Shown here: piece after piece, positions 1 through 5,906 of the stretch
Numbering within the stretch: position 1 is the stretch's first letter
How the letters are laid out: each line of letters starts with the position of its first letter
Assembly: GCA_022560555.1 (NCBI GenBank)
Contig: JADFSZ010000112.1
Span: 1-5,906, forward strand
Length of the DNA stretch: 5,906 nt
Direction: 5' to 3'
Origin: PVC group bacterium
Lineage (GTDB): Bacteria; GCA-001730085; JADFSZ01
Program-made: the position numbers and the translations under genes
The notes under the pieces: model-generated
What the model was told of the DNA's origin: nothing
Databases searched by the model: none
Seen by the model: only the letters and a program-made list of their open reading frames with translations

Positions 1-418
1 CCCTTTTGATTTTTTCGTTATAAAATTTCTCTATTCTTGACAAAAACTCCGATAGAGTTTCTCCGTTGGTCATGCGCGTGTCCCATGGATTTTTCTTCCA
101 ATCCTGATATTTATCCTCATAAGTTTTTTTAAGTTCCGCGAACGTAAGACCTTCCCATAAGCCCATATTCCAATCATTTAAATCTTCGATTATTTCCACA
201 TCGCATTTGTGATACAAAGATATTTCTTTTGCTGTGGCAAACGCCCGATCCATTTCTGATGTGTATATTTTTCGAAATTCTTTATCTTTTAACATGTTCG
301 CGATCATGCGCGCCTGATTCCAACCTTCATTGGAAAGCCGCGCATCCGTTTGACCGCAGATCACATGATTTTTATCGGCTTCAGACGGACCGTGGTGAAT
401 CACATAAATAGATGTCAT
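1..418 (-). CDS. Histidine phosphatase superfamily (phosphoglycerate mutase-like) protein; N-terminal 139 codons, C-terminus beyond left window edge
   Basis: My translation of the minus strand from the ATG at 418..416 gives 139 codons with no stop: [139 protein letters not shown]. It follows the family layout: beta-strand then (R)HG near the N-terminus, xQGxxDxxLxxxGxxQA, SxxxRAxxTA, GxWEG and a GE(S/T) segment. The ATG overlaps the trpA stop as ATGA (415..418). An AAGGA Shine-Dalgarno sits at 426..430, 7 nt upstream. The gene is absent from the ORF track only because its stop lies outside the window. Confidence 0.8.
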   Translation of the reverse strand, partial: MTSIYVIHHGPSEADKNHVICGQTDARLSNEGWNQARMIANMLKDKEFRKIYTSEMDRAFATAKEISLYHKCDVEIIEDLNDWNMGLWEGLTFAELKKTYEDKYQDWKKNPWDTRMTNGETLSEFLSRIEKFYNEKIKR

Positions 419-1200
419 AACCAAATCCTTTTAATGAAACGATGAACATTCCTAACAACCGAGGCAGGGGTTCTCGCAGAATTCATAACCCGGATGACCG
501 CGCTTCCCACAATCGCGGCATCCGCGCATTTTGACAACTCCCGGATATGCCCTCTATTCGAAATGCCGAAACCAACGGCAATCGGTTTATCCGTGCAGCT
601 TCTGATTTTTTTAACATTATGCGAAACATCTTTTGGAAGCCGGTCTCTCGGGCCCGTGGTGCCGGTATGCGTGGCGTAGTAAACAAAACCTCGCGATTGT
701 TTTGCCAAGCTCTCAAGCCTTTTCTTAGCGGTTGTTCCGGATACAATGAGAATCTGATCAATGTTTTTACTTCGGCAACTTTTCATAAACGCTTGATCAT
801 CTTCAGGAAAAAAGTCGGGGATAATAATTCCATCCACACCCGCATTCCTAAGATCACGGCCCACTCTTTTTAATCCGTACCTCAAAAAAATATTAAAGTA
901 GGTCATAATGATTATCGGAAGAGACACTTGGTGCCGTAATTGATGAACGAGGCTCAAAGTTTTTTGTAAATTCGCATGCTTTAAAAGCGCTTTTTGGGAC
1001 GCGTCCTGAATCACCGGGCCGTCCGCCAAGGGATCGGAAAACGGAACACCGAGCTCAACAGCTGTAACACCCAAATCATCAAATGTTTTAATAAGATCAC
1101 GTGTCACAGAAAAATTCGGAAATCCAACGGTGATGTAGGGTATCAATCCGATGCGCCCCTTTTTCTTTAGTTCTTTGAATGTTTGTTCAAGGCGGCTCAT
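415..1200 (-). CDS. trpA: Tryptophan synthase alpha chain
   Basis: 261-aa ORF with [17 protein letters not shown] (catalytic Glu/Asp region), [13 protein letters not shown] and VGFGIS, all typical of TrpA. ATG start at 1200 overlaps the trpB stop as ATGA (1197..1200). AGGG at 1209..1212 is a plausible SD. It is the last gene in trpEGDCFBA order. Confidence 0.95.
   Translation of the reverse strand: MSRLEQTFKELKKKGRIGLIPYITVGFPNFSVTRDLIKTFDDLGVTAVELGVPFSDPLADGPVIQDASQKALLKHANLQKTLSLVHQLRHQVSLPIIIMTYFNIFLRYGLKRVGRDLRNAGVDGIIIPDFFPEDDQAFMKSCRSKNIDQILIVSGTTAKKRLESLAKQSRGFVYYATHTGTTGPRDRLPKDVSHNVKKIRSCTDKPIAVGFGISNRGHIRELSKCADAAIVGSAVIRVMNSARTPASVVRNVHRFIKRIWL
426..430 (-). promoter_or_regulatory. 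Shine-Dalgarno for the phosphatase gene, embedded in the trpA 3' end
   Basis: The minus strand reads AAAAGGA TTTGGTT ATG, placing AAGGA 7 nt upstream of the ATG at 418. Confidence 0.55.
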
Positions 1201-2378
1201 AGAGCTTGCCCTAAATATTTTGAAACAGATTCGACATCTTTGTCACCCCGTCCGGATAGATTCAGAACAATCAACCGGCCGCGAAACAGGCTTTTCTTTT
1301 TCATAAGATAAGCGATCGCGTGCGCGCTTTCCAAGGCCGGAATAATACCTTCAAGCCGGCTTAATTCTTCAAGTCCCCTTAAGGCCTCATGATCTGTCAC
1401 ATGGTCATAACGGACGCGTTTGCTTTCTTTAAGGAAGCTATGCTCCGGACCGACGCCGGGATAATCCAATCCGGCAGAAATAGAATGTGTCGATGAAACT
1501 TGCCCGTCCGGGTCTTGCAAAAGATAACTTTTCGAGCCATGCAGAACACCCACGCGTCCCTTCGAAAGCGTCGCACAATGCTTTTTTGTACGAATACCTT
1601 TTCCCGCAGCTTCTATACCAAACATTTTAATTTTCTTATCTTTAAGAAACGGATAAAAAAGTCCCATGGCATTACTCCCCCCGCCGACACAAGCTATCAA
1701 CACATCCGGCAAACGCTTTTCACACCTCAGAATCTGCCGACGGGTTTCTTTTCCGATCACAGATTGGAAATCTCTGACCATCATGGGATACGGGTGCGGC
1801 CCAACGGTTGAGCCGATAATATAATGCGTGTGAGTGACGTTCGTTGACCAATCACGGATGGCTTCACTTGTCGCGTCTTTCAGTGTTTTTGTCCCGGTAG
1901 AGACAGGAACAACCTCGGCGCCTAACAGGCGCATACGAAAAACGTTGAGCGATTGGCGCTCCATATCCTCTTCGCCCATGTAAACAACGCATTCAAGACC
2001 AAAGAGCGCAGCAACCGTCGCCGTCGCAACACCGTGCTGTCCGGCTCCGGTCTCGGCAATAATACGGCTTTTCTTCATCCTTTTTGCAAGAAGGATCTGT
2101 CCCAGGGTATTGTTGATTTTATGAGCTCCCGTATGATTTAGATCTTCACGTTTCAGATAAATCTTGGAGCCGATTTTTTGTGAAAATTGTTTTGCAAAAT
2201 ACAAAGGGGTGGGCCGCCCAATATAATTTTTTTGGTAATCCTTGAGTTCCTGAGAAAACCTTAAATCCTTTGAATATTTTTTATAGGCCTTCTCCAAATC
2301 ATCTAAAGCGCTTGATAAAGATTCCGGAACATATCGCCCTCCGAAAGACCCGAAATGTCCTTTTAGATTAGTGCTCAA
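1197..2378 (-). CDS. trpB: Tryptophan synthase beta chain (TrpB1-type length)
   Basis: 393-aa ORF with [13 protein letters not shown] at the N-terminus, HTGAHKINN (PLP-binding Lys), GGGSNAMG and [10 protein letters not shown]. The start codon is TTG (2376..2378). An in-frame TGA at 2391..2393 closes the frame just upstream, so no ATG or GTG can precede the conserved N-terminus. GAGGAGAG SD at 2385..2392. Confidence 0.95.
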   Translation of the reverse strand: MSTNLKGHFGSFGGRYVPESLSSALDDLEKAYKKYSKDLRFSQELKDYQKNYIGRPTPLYFAKQFSQKIGSKIYLKREDLNHTGAHKINNTLGQILLAKRMKKSRIIAETGAGQHGVATATVAALFGLECVVYMGEEDMERQSLNVFRMRLLGAEVVPVSTGTKTLKDATSEAIRDWSTNVTHTHYIIGSTVGPHPYPMMVRDFQSVIGKETRRQILRCEKRLPDVLIACVGGGSNAMGLFYPFLKDKKIKMFGIEAAGKGIRTKKHCATLSKGRVGVLHGSKSYLLQDPDGQVSSTHSISAGLDYPGVGPEHSFLKESKRVRYDHVTDHEALRGLEELSRLEGIIPALESAHAIAYLMKKKSLFRGRLIVLNLSGRGDKDVESVSKYLGQAL

Positions 2379-2991
2379 CTTTTGCTCTCCTCACTTCCTT
2401 CACGAAACACTCCATTTTTTCATGATCTTTTCGGCCCGGTGTTTTTTCGATACCGCTTGAAACATCAACGCCGTAAGGCTGAACTGTGGAAACGGCTTTA
2501 AAAATATTTTCGGGAGTCAGTCCGCCGGCTAAAATCACGCGTCTATCTTTTGGTACGTTCTCTAAGAGCGGCCAGTCAAAGGCCCGGCCCGTGCCCCCCA
2601 TAAGTGTCTTTGAATATGTGTCAAATAACAAGGCATAAAAGTCCGGGTATTCCCTAAGCGCTTCCCAACTCATATCAGGCTTGACTCTCACGGCTCGAAT
2701 AATTTTCTGCGGTTCAATTTTTTTGCCATTCGTCCATGGTCCATGAATCTGAATAAAATCGAGCGGAACTAGGTTCGATACAGCCAGAATGTCCTCTTCA
2801 CAACTAACATTGGCAAACACACCAACGATTTTTATTTGACCCACGATGGACTTCCGGATCGCCTCCGCTTGACGGGCCGCAATCTGGCGAGGGCTTTCGG
2901 TAAACACAAAACCTAGAAAATCAACCCCAAGGCTGACAGCTTTTTCGGCATCCTCGATCGATGTAATTCCGCACATTTTAATTCTAACCAT
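2368..2991 (-). CDS. trpF: Phosphoribosylanthranilate isomerase
   Basis: ORF with (M)[24 protein letters not shown] and GVDVSSGIE, typical of monofunctional PRAI. I place the start at the ATG at 2989..2991, giving the canonical [11 protein letters not shown]-terminus. The ORF track's longer version starts at a TTG at 3001..3003, 4 codons upstream, with AGGGA 4 nt before it, and cannot be excluded. The TAA stop at 2368..2370 lies inside trpB. Confidence 0.92.
   Translation of the reverse strand: MVRIKMCGITSIEDAEKAVSLGVDFLGFVFTESPRQIAARQAEAIRKSIVGQIKIVGVFANVSCEEDILAVSNLVPLDFIQIHGPWTNGKKIEPQKIIRAVRVKPDMSWEALREYPDFYALLFDTYSKTLMGGTGRAFDWPLLENVPKDRRVILAGGLTPENIFKAVSTVQPYGVDVSSGIEKTPGRKDHEKMECFVKEVRRAKVEH
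2385..2392 (-). promoter_or_regulatory. Shine-Dalgarno for trpB, embedded in the trpF 3' end
   Basis: The minus strand reads GAGGAGAG followed by CAAAAG and then the TTG start. The GGAG core is 8 nt upstream of the start. Confidence 0.6.
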
Positions 2992-3012
2992 GCCAACCCA
3001 CAAAAATTCCCT

Positions 3013-3786
3013 TTATGTCCCCTTCAGCTCCGAAATAAAACTTTTCATATCTTTATGCGTCACAAAGCCTTCTCCGATCAAAAATGCTTTAATCCCTAAT
3101 TGCCGCAAACGGACAAAATCTTCTTTGGTTTTTATCCCGCTTTCGGAAACAACCAAAGCCTTTTGATGAACTTTTGGAAACAGGATTTCTGACACACGTA
3201 AATCAACCGTAAAATCGTCTAAATTCCGATTGTTGATACCTATGATCGGCGCGGCAAGATCATTGGCACGGTCCAGTTCGCCCTTTGAGTGCACCTCAAC
3301 CAATGTTTCCAAGTCTAGAGTATGCGCCAGCTCAAACAATTCTGTGAGTCGTGCATCTGTTAAGCATCGGACAATCAAAAGGACGGCATCTGCTCCGGCG
3401 GCTTTCGACTCGTATACTTGATAAGGATCAATAATAAAATCTTTGCGTAAAACAGGCAAAGATATGTTTTTTTTCACTTCCTTAAGATCTCTAAGATGTC
3501 CCTGAAAATATTTTTCATCCGTTAAGACCGAAACCCCGTTTAATCCGCATGTCTCATACGTTTTGGCAATCTTCACAGGTTCAAAATCCTCTACCATCAC
3601 CCCTCTGCTTGGCGAAGCTTTTTTAACTTCACCGATAATTCCCACTTCCCCTCTTTCAAGGGATCTTTTTAAACTTACGGATGGCTTCATCGCCATGTTT
3701 GACTGCAAAGTTTCGAGAGAACATTTCTTTTTTGCCTTTTCAACCTCACCGCGTTTGTGATCAAGTATTTCCTGAAGTTTGGTCAT
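3013..3786 (-). CDS. trpC: Indole-3-glycerol phosphate synthase
   Basis: ORF with EVKKASPSRG, VLTDEKYFQG, LRKDFIIDPYQ, GINNRNL and VSESGI motifs of IGPS. I place the start at the ATG at 3784..3786 (MTKLQEILDHKRGEV), which matches the usual IGPS N-terminus. The track's 3825 start is a GTG that would add 13 non-conserved residues and overlap trpD by 16 nt. The gene is separate from trpF, with a TAA at 3013..3015, so there is no TrpC-TrpF fusion. Confidence 0.93.
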   Translation of the reverse strand: MTKLQEILDHKRGEVEKAKKKCSLETLQSNMAMKPSVSLKRSLERGEVGIIGEVKKASPSRGVMVEDFEPVKIAKTYETCGLNGVSVLTDEKYFQGHLRDLKEVKKNISLPVLRKDFIIDPYQVYESKAAGADAVLLIVRCLTDARLTELFELAHTLDLETLVEVHSKGELDRANDLAAPIIGINNRNLDDFTVDLRVSEILFPKVHQKALVVSESGIKTKEDFVRLRQLGIKAFLIGEGFVTHKDMKSFISELKGT

Positions 3787-3809
3787 AGTTATTCTCGAAT
3801 CATTCCTTA

Positions 3810-4847
3810 CTAAGAGTTCGAACACTCTATAAGCATTTCCAGCTTGTCCTTCGCTTTCCCTTGATCAATAGATGCCTTTGCCAACAGAAGACCTTCCGCG
3901 AGATCCCGAGTCATCCCGGAAACACATAAAGCCGCGGCCGAATTCAACACAACGATATCGCGTTTCGGTCCTTTCTCCCCATTGAAGATTTTTCGGATGA
4001 TGTCCGCATTGTCCTCAATACTGCCTCCCAATACATCCTCCGCACAACAACGCTTGAGGCCAAAATCTTCGGGTTTGATCACATAGGAGCGAATCTGCCC
4101 ATCCCTGAGTTCTCCAACATAGGTTTCGTCCGTAAGTGAGATCTCATCCAATCCGTCTTTACCATGCACAGCCATCACACACGTGCTTCCCATACTTTTT
4201 AACACCTCCGGAAAGGTTTTAACAAGAGACCGGTCATAAACCCCGATCAACTGCCGCGACAAACCGGCAGGGTTTGTGAGTGGGCCCAATAAATTAAATA
4301 GTGTCCTCCCGCCGATTTCTTTTCTCGCAAGAATCGCGTGTTTCATGGCCTTATGAAAGACCGGGGCGAATAAAAACCCAATATGAATTTCTGAAATGCA
4401 TTTGGCAACAACATCAACACCGGCATCCACATGTACGCCGAGTTCTTTTAAGACGTCCGCACTCCCGCATTTTCCGGAGACAGCACGATTTCCATGCTTC
4501 GCGATTTTGACACCGGCTCCGGCCGTCACAAAAGCCGCGGCCGTAGAAATATTAAAAGTCCCCTTGCCATCTCCGCCGGTTCCGCAGGTATCCACACAAT
4601 CTTCGCCTCCACTTAAAGGCAAGGGTTCCGCAAAAGAGCGCATCGCACGCACGGACCCGACAATTTCCTGGACAGCCTCACCTTTATCCTTGAGCGCAGT
4701 CAGGTAGGACACGATCTGAGCGGTCCCGGTAACACCTGTCATGATCTGTTTCATGACAGATTCGGATTCGGATTCGTCTAAATTCTCACCGTGGGAAATT
4801 TTTTTTATAGCGTTAACAATATCCATGCTTTTGTCTTTGACAATCAT
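3810..4847 (-). CDS. trpD: Anthranilate phosphoribosyltransferase
   Basis: 345-aa ORF with DTCGTGGDG, KHGNRAVSGKCGSADVLE and NLLGPLTNP motifs. The ATG at 4845..4847 overlaps the trpG stop as ATGA (4844..4847), with no SD visible upstream. An alternative ATG at 4824..4826 (MDIVNAIKKI...) would give an N-terminal length closer to characterised TrpD proteins. Confidence 0.93.
   Translation of the reverse strand: MIVKDKSMDIVNAIKKISHGENLDESESESVMKQIMTGVTGTAQIVSYLTALKDKGEAVQEIVGSVRAMRSFAEPLPLSGGEDCVDTCGTGGDGKGTFNISTAAAFVTAGAGVKIAKHGNRAVSGKCGSADVLKELGVHVDAGVDVVAKCISEIHIGFLFAPVFHKAMKHAILARKEIGGRTLFNLLGPLTNPAGLSRQLIGVYDRSLVKTFPEVLKSMGSTCVMAVHGKDGLDEISLTDETYVGELRDGQIRSYVIKPEDFGLKRCCAEDVLGGSIEDNADIIRKIFNGEKGPKRDIVVLNSAAALCVSGMTRDLAEGLLLAKASIDQGKAKDKLEMLIECSNS
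4759..4776 (-). repeat. Hexanucleotide microsatellite (GATTCG)x3 inside trpD, encoding ESESES
   Basis: Three perfect tandem copies of GATTCG on the plus strand. On the coding strand they read GAA TCC GAA TCC GAA TCT, within ENLDESESESVM of the TrpD N-terminal helical region. Confidence 0.9.
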
Positions 4848-5407
4848 AGATCGATAAAATTATGAAGGATTTTCTTTCCTTCATTCGTTAAAATCGACTC
4901 CGGATGGAATTGCACACCATAAACCGGGTATGTTTTATGCCGGAGGCCCATAATGGTGCCGTCATCTGTCCAAGCCGTGACCTCAAGGGCATCGGGACAT
5001 GTTTCTTTTTCTAAAACGAGAGAATGGTAACGTGTCGCGACAAAAGGATTCGGAATATTTTTGAAAACATTTTCGCCGTTATGATGAATCTCGGATGTTT
5101 TTCCGTGCCACACACGATCCATTTTAATAATACGACCTCCGTAGGCGGCCCCGATACATTGATGCCCGAGACAAACACCAAGCAAAGGCGTATTGGCCCC
5201 AAAGGCACGGATAATCTCGACGGAAAGACCGGATTCGCTCGGAGTGCACGGCCCGGGAGAAATAATAATCTTTTCCGGATGCATGGACACTATCTCATCA
5301 ACGGATATTTTATCATTCCGGAAAATGCTTACAGAGGCACCTAATTCACCTAAATATTGATAGATGTTATACACAAATGAATCATAATTATCGATGAGGA
5401 GTATCAT
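4844..5407 (-). CDS. trpG: Anthranilate synthase component II (class I glutamine amidotransferase; could also serve as PabA)
   Basis: 187-aa ORF starting MILLIDNYDSFVYN, with GVCLGHQ (nucleophile Cys) and VQFHPES (His/Glu of the triad). ATG at 5405..5407, with AAGGCGAG SD at 5413..5420. Position between trpE and trpD supports the call. Confidence 0.93.
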   Translation of the reverse strand: MILLIDNYDSFVYNIYQYLGELGASVSIFRNDKISVDEIVSMHPEKIIISPGPCTPSESGLSVEIIRAFGANTPLLGVCLGHQCIGAAYGGRIIKMDRVWHGKTSEIHHNGENVFKNIPNPFVATRYHSLVLEKETCPDALEVTAWTDDGTIMGLRHKTYPVYGVQFHPESILTNEGKKILHNFIDL

Positions 5408-5431
5408 TTTTACTCGCCTTGTTCTTTAAGC

Positions 5432-5461
5432 CTTTGTAATCTTGTCACTTTGTGACCTTGT
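5432..5461 (-). repeat. Imperfect 16-nt tandem duplication within the trpE-trpG spacer, built from 8-nt ACAA(A)G-headed units
   Basis: On the plus strand, CTTTGTAATCTTGT (5432..5445), then CA, then CTTTGTGACCTTGT (5448..5461), matching at 12 of 14 positions. On the mRNA strand this reads ACAAGGTC ACAAAGTG ACAAGATT ACAAAGGC. A fifth ACAAG lies at 5418..5422. Confidence 0.6.
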
Positions 5462-5468
5462 GTCTTTC

Positions 5469-5906
5469 TTAAATCTCCCCTTTTTCCGCCAGATACACGG
5501 CCCGAATCATCGCGCCGGCCTTGTTCAGGGTCTCTTCATACTCTTTCTTCGGTTTTGAATCCGCGACAATACCCGCTCCTGCTTGCACATAAGCCGTTTT
5601 ATCTTTAACAACGATGGTACGGATTGTGATGCAGGAATCCAGATCTCCGGAAAAACTAAAATAGCCCACCGCACCCGAATAAGCTCCGCGTCGGGTCGGC
5701 TCCACCTCATCTATGATTTCCATGGCGCGAATCTTCGGTGCCCCGGACACAGTTCCGGCGGGAAAGGTGGCTTCGAATAAATCAAACGCGTCATACTCCC
5801 GCCTCAATAATCCTTCAACATTTGAAACAATGTGCATCACATGAGAATACTTCTCGATACCCATAAGATCCGTAACCTTGACAGAAACCGATTGACACAC
5901 GCGTCC
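5469..5906 (-). CDS. trpE: Anthranilate synthase component I, C-terminal ~145 codons (5' end beyond right window edge)
   Basis: The frame is open to the window edge. The 'M' at 5900 in the ORF track is an internal GTG, and codons 5901..5906 continue in frame. C-terminal chorismate-binding-enzyme motifs are present: [23 protein letters not shown] and [10 protein letters not shown]. Assignment as TrpE rather than PabB or isochorismate synthase rests on the operon context. TAA stop at 5469..5471. Confidence 0.9.
   Translation of the reverse strand, partial: GRVCQSVSVKVTDLMGIEKYSHVMHIVSNVEGLLRREYDAFDLFEATFPAGTVSGAPKIRAMEIIDEVEPTRRGAYSGAVGYFSFSGDLDSCITIRTIVVKDKTAYVQAGAGIVADSKPKKEYEETLNKAGAMIRAVYLAEKGEI

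Noticed and set aside
229-411. 60-aa plus-strand ORF from the ORF track
   Set aside because: It lies entirely antisense to the well-supported phosphatase reading frame. It has no recognisable motif and no SD, so it is a shadow ORF.
483-873. ORFs 494..679(+), 547..873(+) and 483..761(-) inside trpA
   Set aside because: They are antisense or alternate-frame ORFs nested in a gene with clear TrpA motifs. Their compositions are Arg- or Ser-rich and unstructured, with no family resemblance.
1500-2141. Plus-strand ORFs 1500..1811 and 1953..2141 inside trpB
   Set aside because: They are antisense shadows of a strongly conserved TrpB frame and show no independent coding signal.
3230-3760. Plus-strand ORFs 3230..3421 and 3563..3760 inside trpC
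   Set aside because: They are antisense shadows with no motifs or translation signals.
2992-3825. Longer N-termini given by the ORF track for trpF (TTG at 3003, MWVG...) and trpC (GTG at 3825, MFELLVRNDSRIT...)
   Set aside because: The extensions are non-conserved. Downstream ATGs give N-termini matching the family consensus ([10 protein letters not shown]; MTKLQEILDHKRGEV). The trpF TTG remains a possible alternative because of its nearby AGGGA.
4301-4707. Plus-strand ORFs 4301..4510 and 4396..4707 inside trpD; the latter is Pro/Ser/Thr/Ala-rich
   Set aside because: The low-complexity P/S/T/A composition is what is expected when reading the complement of the Gly/Ala/Val-rich TrpD core (GTGGDG, AGAGVK). 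It is not evidence for a secreted or repeat protein.
3003-4850. Possible gene fusions (TrpG-TrpD or TrpC-TrpF as in enterics)
   Set aside because: Stop codons separate every pair (TGA 4844..4846, TAG 3810..3812, TAA 3013..3015), so all seven functions are on separate polypeptides.
5410-5448. GTG-initiated 12-codon micro-ORF (V/M-TRLQRLKEQGE-stop) ending 2 nt before the trpG ATG; considered as a leader peptide
   Set aside because: It contains no Trp codons, so it cannot act as a Trp-sensing attenuation leader. It has a non-ATG start with only a marginal AAGG upstream. It could help re-initiation, but nothing in the sequence requires it.
5444-5456. Palindrome GTCAC-TTT-GTGAC as an intrinsic terminator or attenuator between trpE and trpG
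   Set aside because: The stem is only 5 bp with a 3-nt loop and low GC content. On the mRNA it is followed by AAGAUUACAAAGG rather than a U-tract. That is too weak for a terminator call.
5408-5468. Internal sigma70-type promoter for trpG
   Set aside because: GTGACA (5443..5448, minus strand) matches TTGACA at 5 of 6 positions. However, no TAnnnT -10 element lies 16-18 nt downstream; the best candidate, TTAAAG, has only a 13-nt spacer.
5408-5471. TRAP-like NAG triplet array overlapping the trpG ribosome-binding region, as in the Bacillus trpG/pabA precedent
   Set aside because: The triplets here are almost all AAG, the weak class for TRAP, and recur about every 7-9 nt. TRAP sites have a period of about 5-6 nt (2-3 nt spacers). 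There is only one GAG.
5011-5780. ORFs 5011..5208(-), 5024..5344(+), 5525..5710(-) and 5583..5780(+) inside trpG and trpE
   Set aside because: They are nested in alternate or antisense frames of genes with intact catalytic motifs, and there is no supporting signal.
1-5906. Search for a defence system, mobile element, CRISPR array, tRNA/rRNA, toxin-antitoxin pair or other accessory novelty
   Set aside because: Apart from the 61-nt trpE-trpG spacer and two short gaps of about 20 nt, every base is covered by recognisable housekeeping coding sequence on one strand. There are no long direct or inverted repeats, no integrase or transposase motifs and no cloverleaf-like or structured-RNA-sized noncoding gap. 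I see no basis for claiming a novel system beyond the operon-linked phosphatase.

Overview
On the minus strand this window holds an almost complete, unfused tryptophan biosynthesis operon in the canonical order trpE(partial)-trpG-trpD-trpC-trpF-trpB-trpA. It is followed by a 3'-truncated gene for a histidine-phosphatase (phosphoglycerate-mutase-like) protein. That gene is missing from the ORF track because it has no in-window stop codon. Packing is tight: three ATGA start/stop overlaps, one 11-nt overlap and two short gaps. The exception is a 61-nt trpE-trpG spacer carrying a phased short repeat. All seven trp products show the catalytic motifs of their families, with no frameshifts or internal stops. 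I found no rRNA, tRNA, CRISPR array, transposase, integrase, defence-type gene or obvious horizontal-transfer scar, so this reads as a housekeeping locus and I cannot support a claim of a new multi-gene system. The points most worth follow-up are: (1) the phosphatase translationally coupled to trpA, possibly an eighth operon member and speculatively a phosphoserine phosphatase feeding TrpB; (2) its HHG in place of the RHG active-site motif; (3) its high Trp content against nearly Trp-free trp enzymes; (4) the phased ACAA(A)G repeat upstream of trpG. The operon promoter and leader lie beyond the right edge, so attenuation, T-box or TRAP-type control cannot be assessed.
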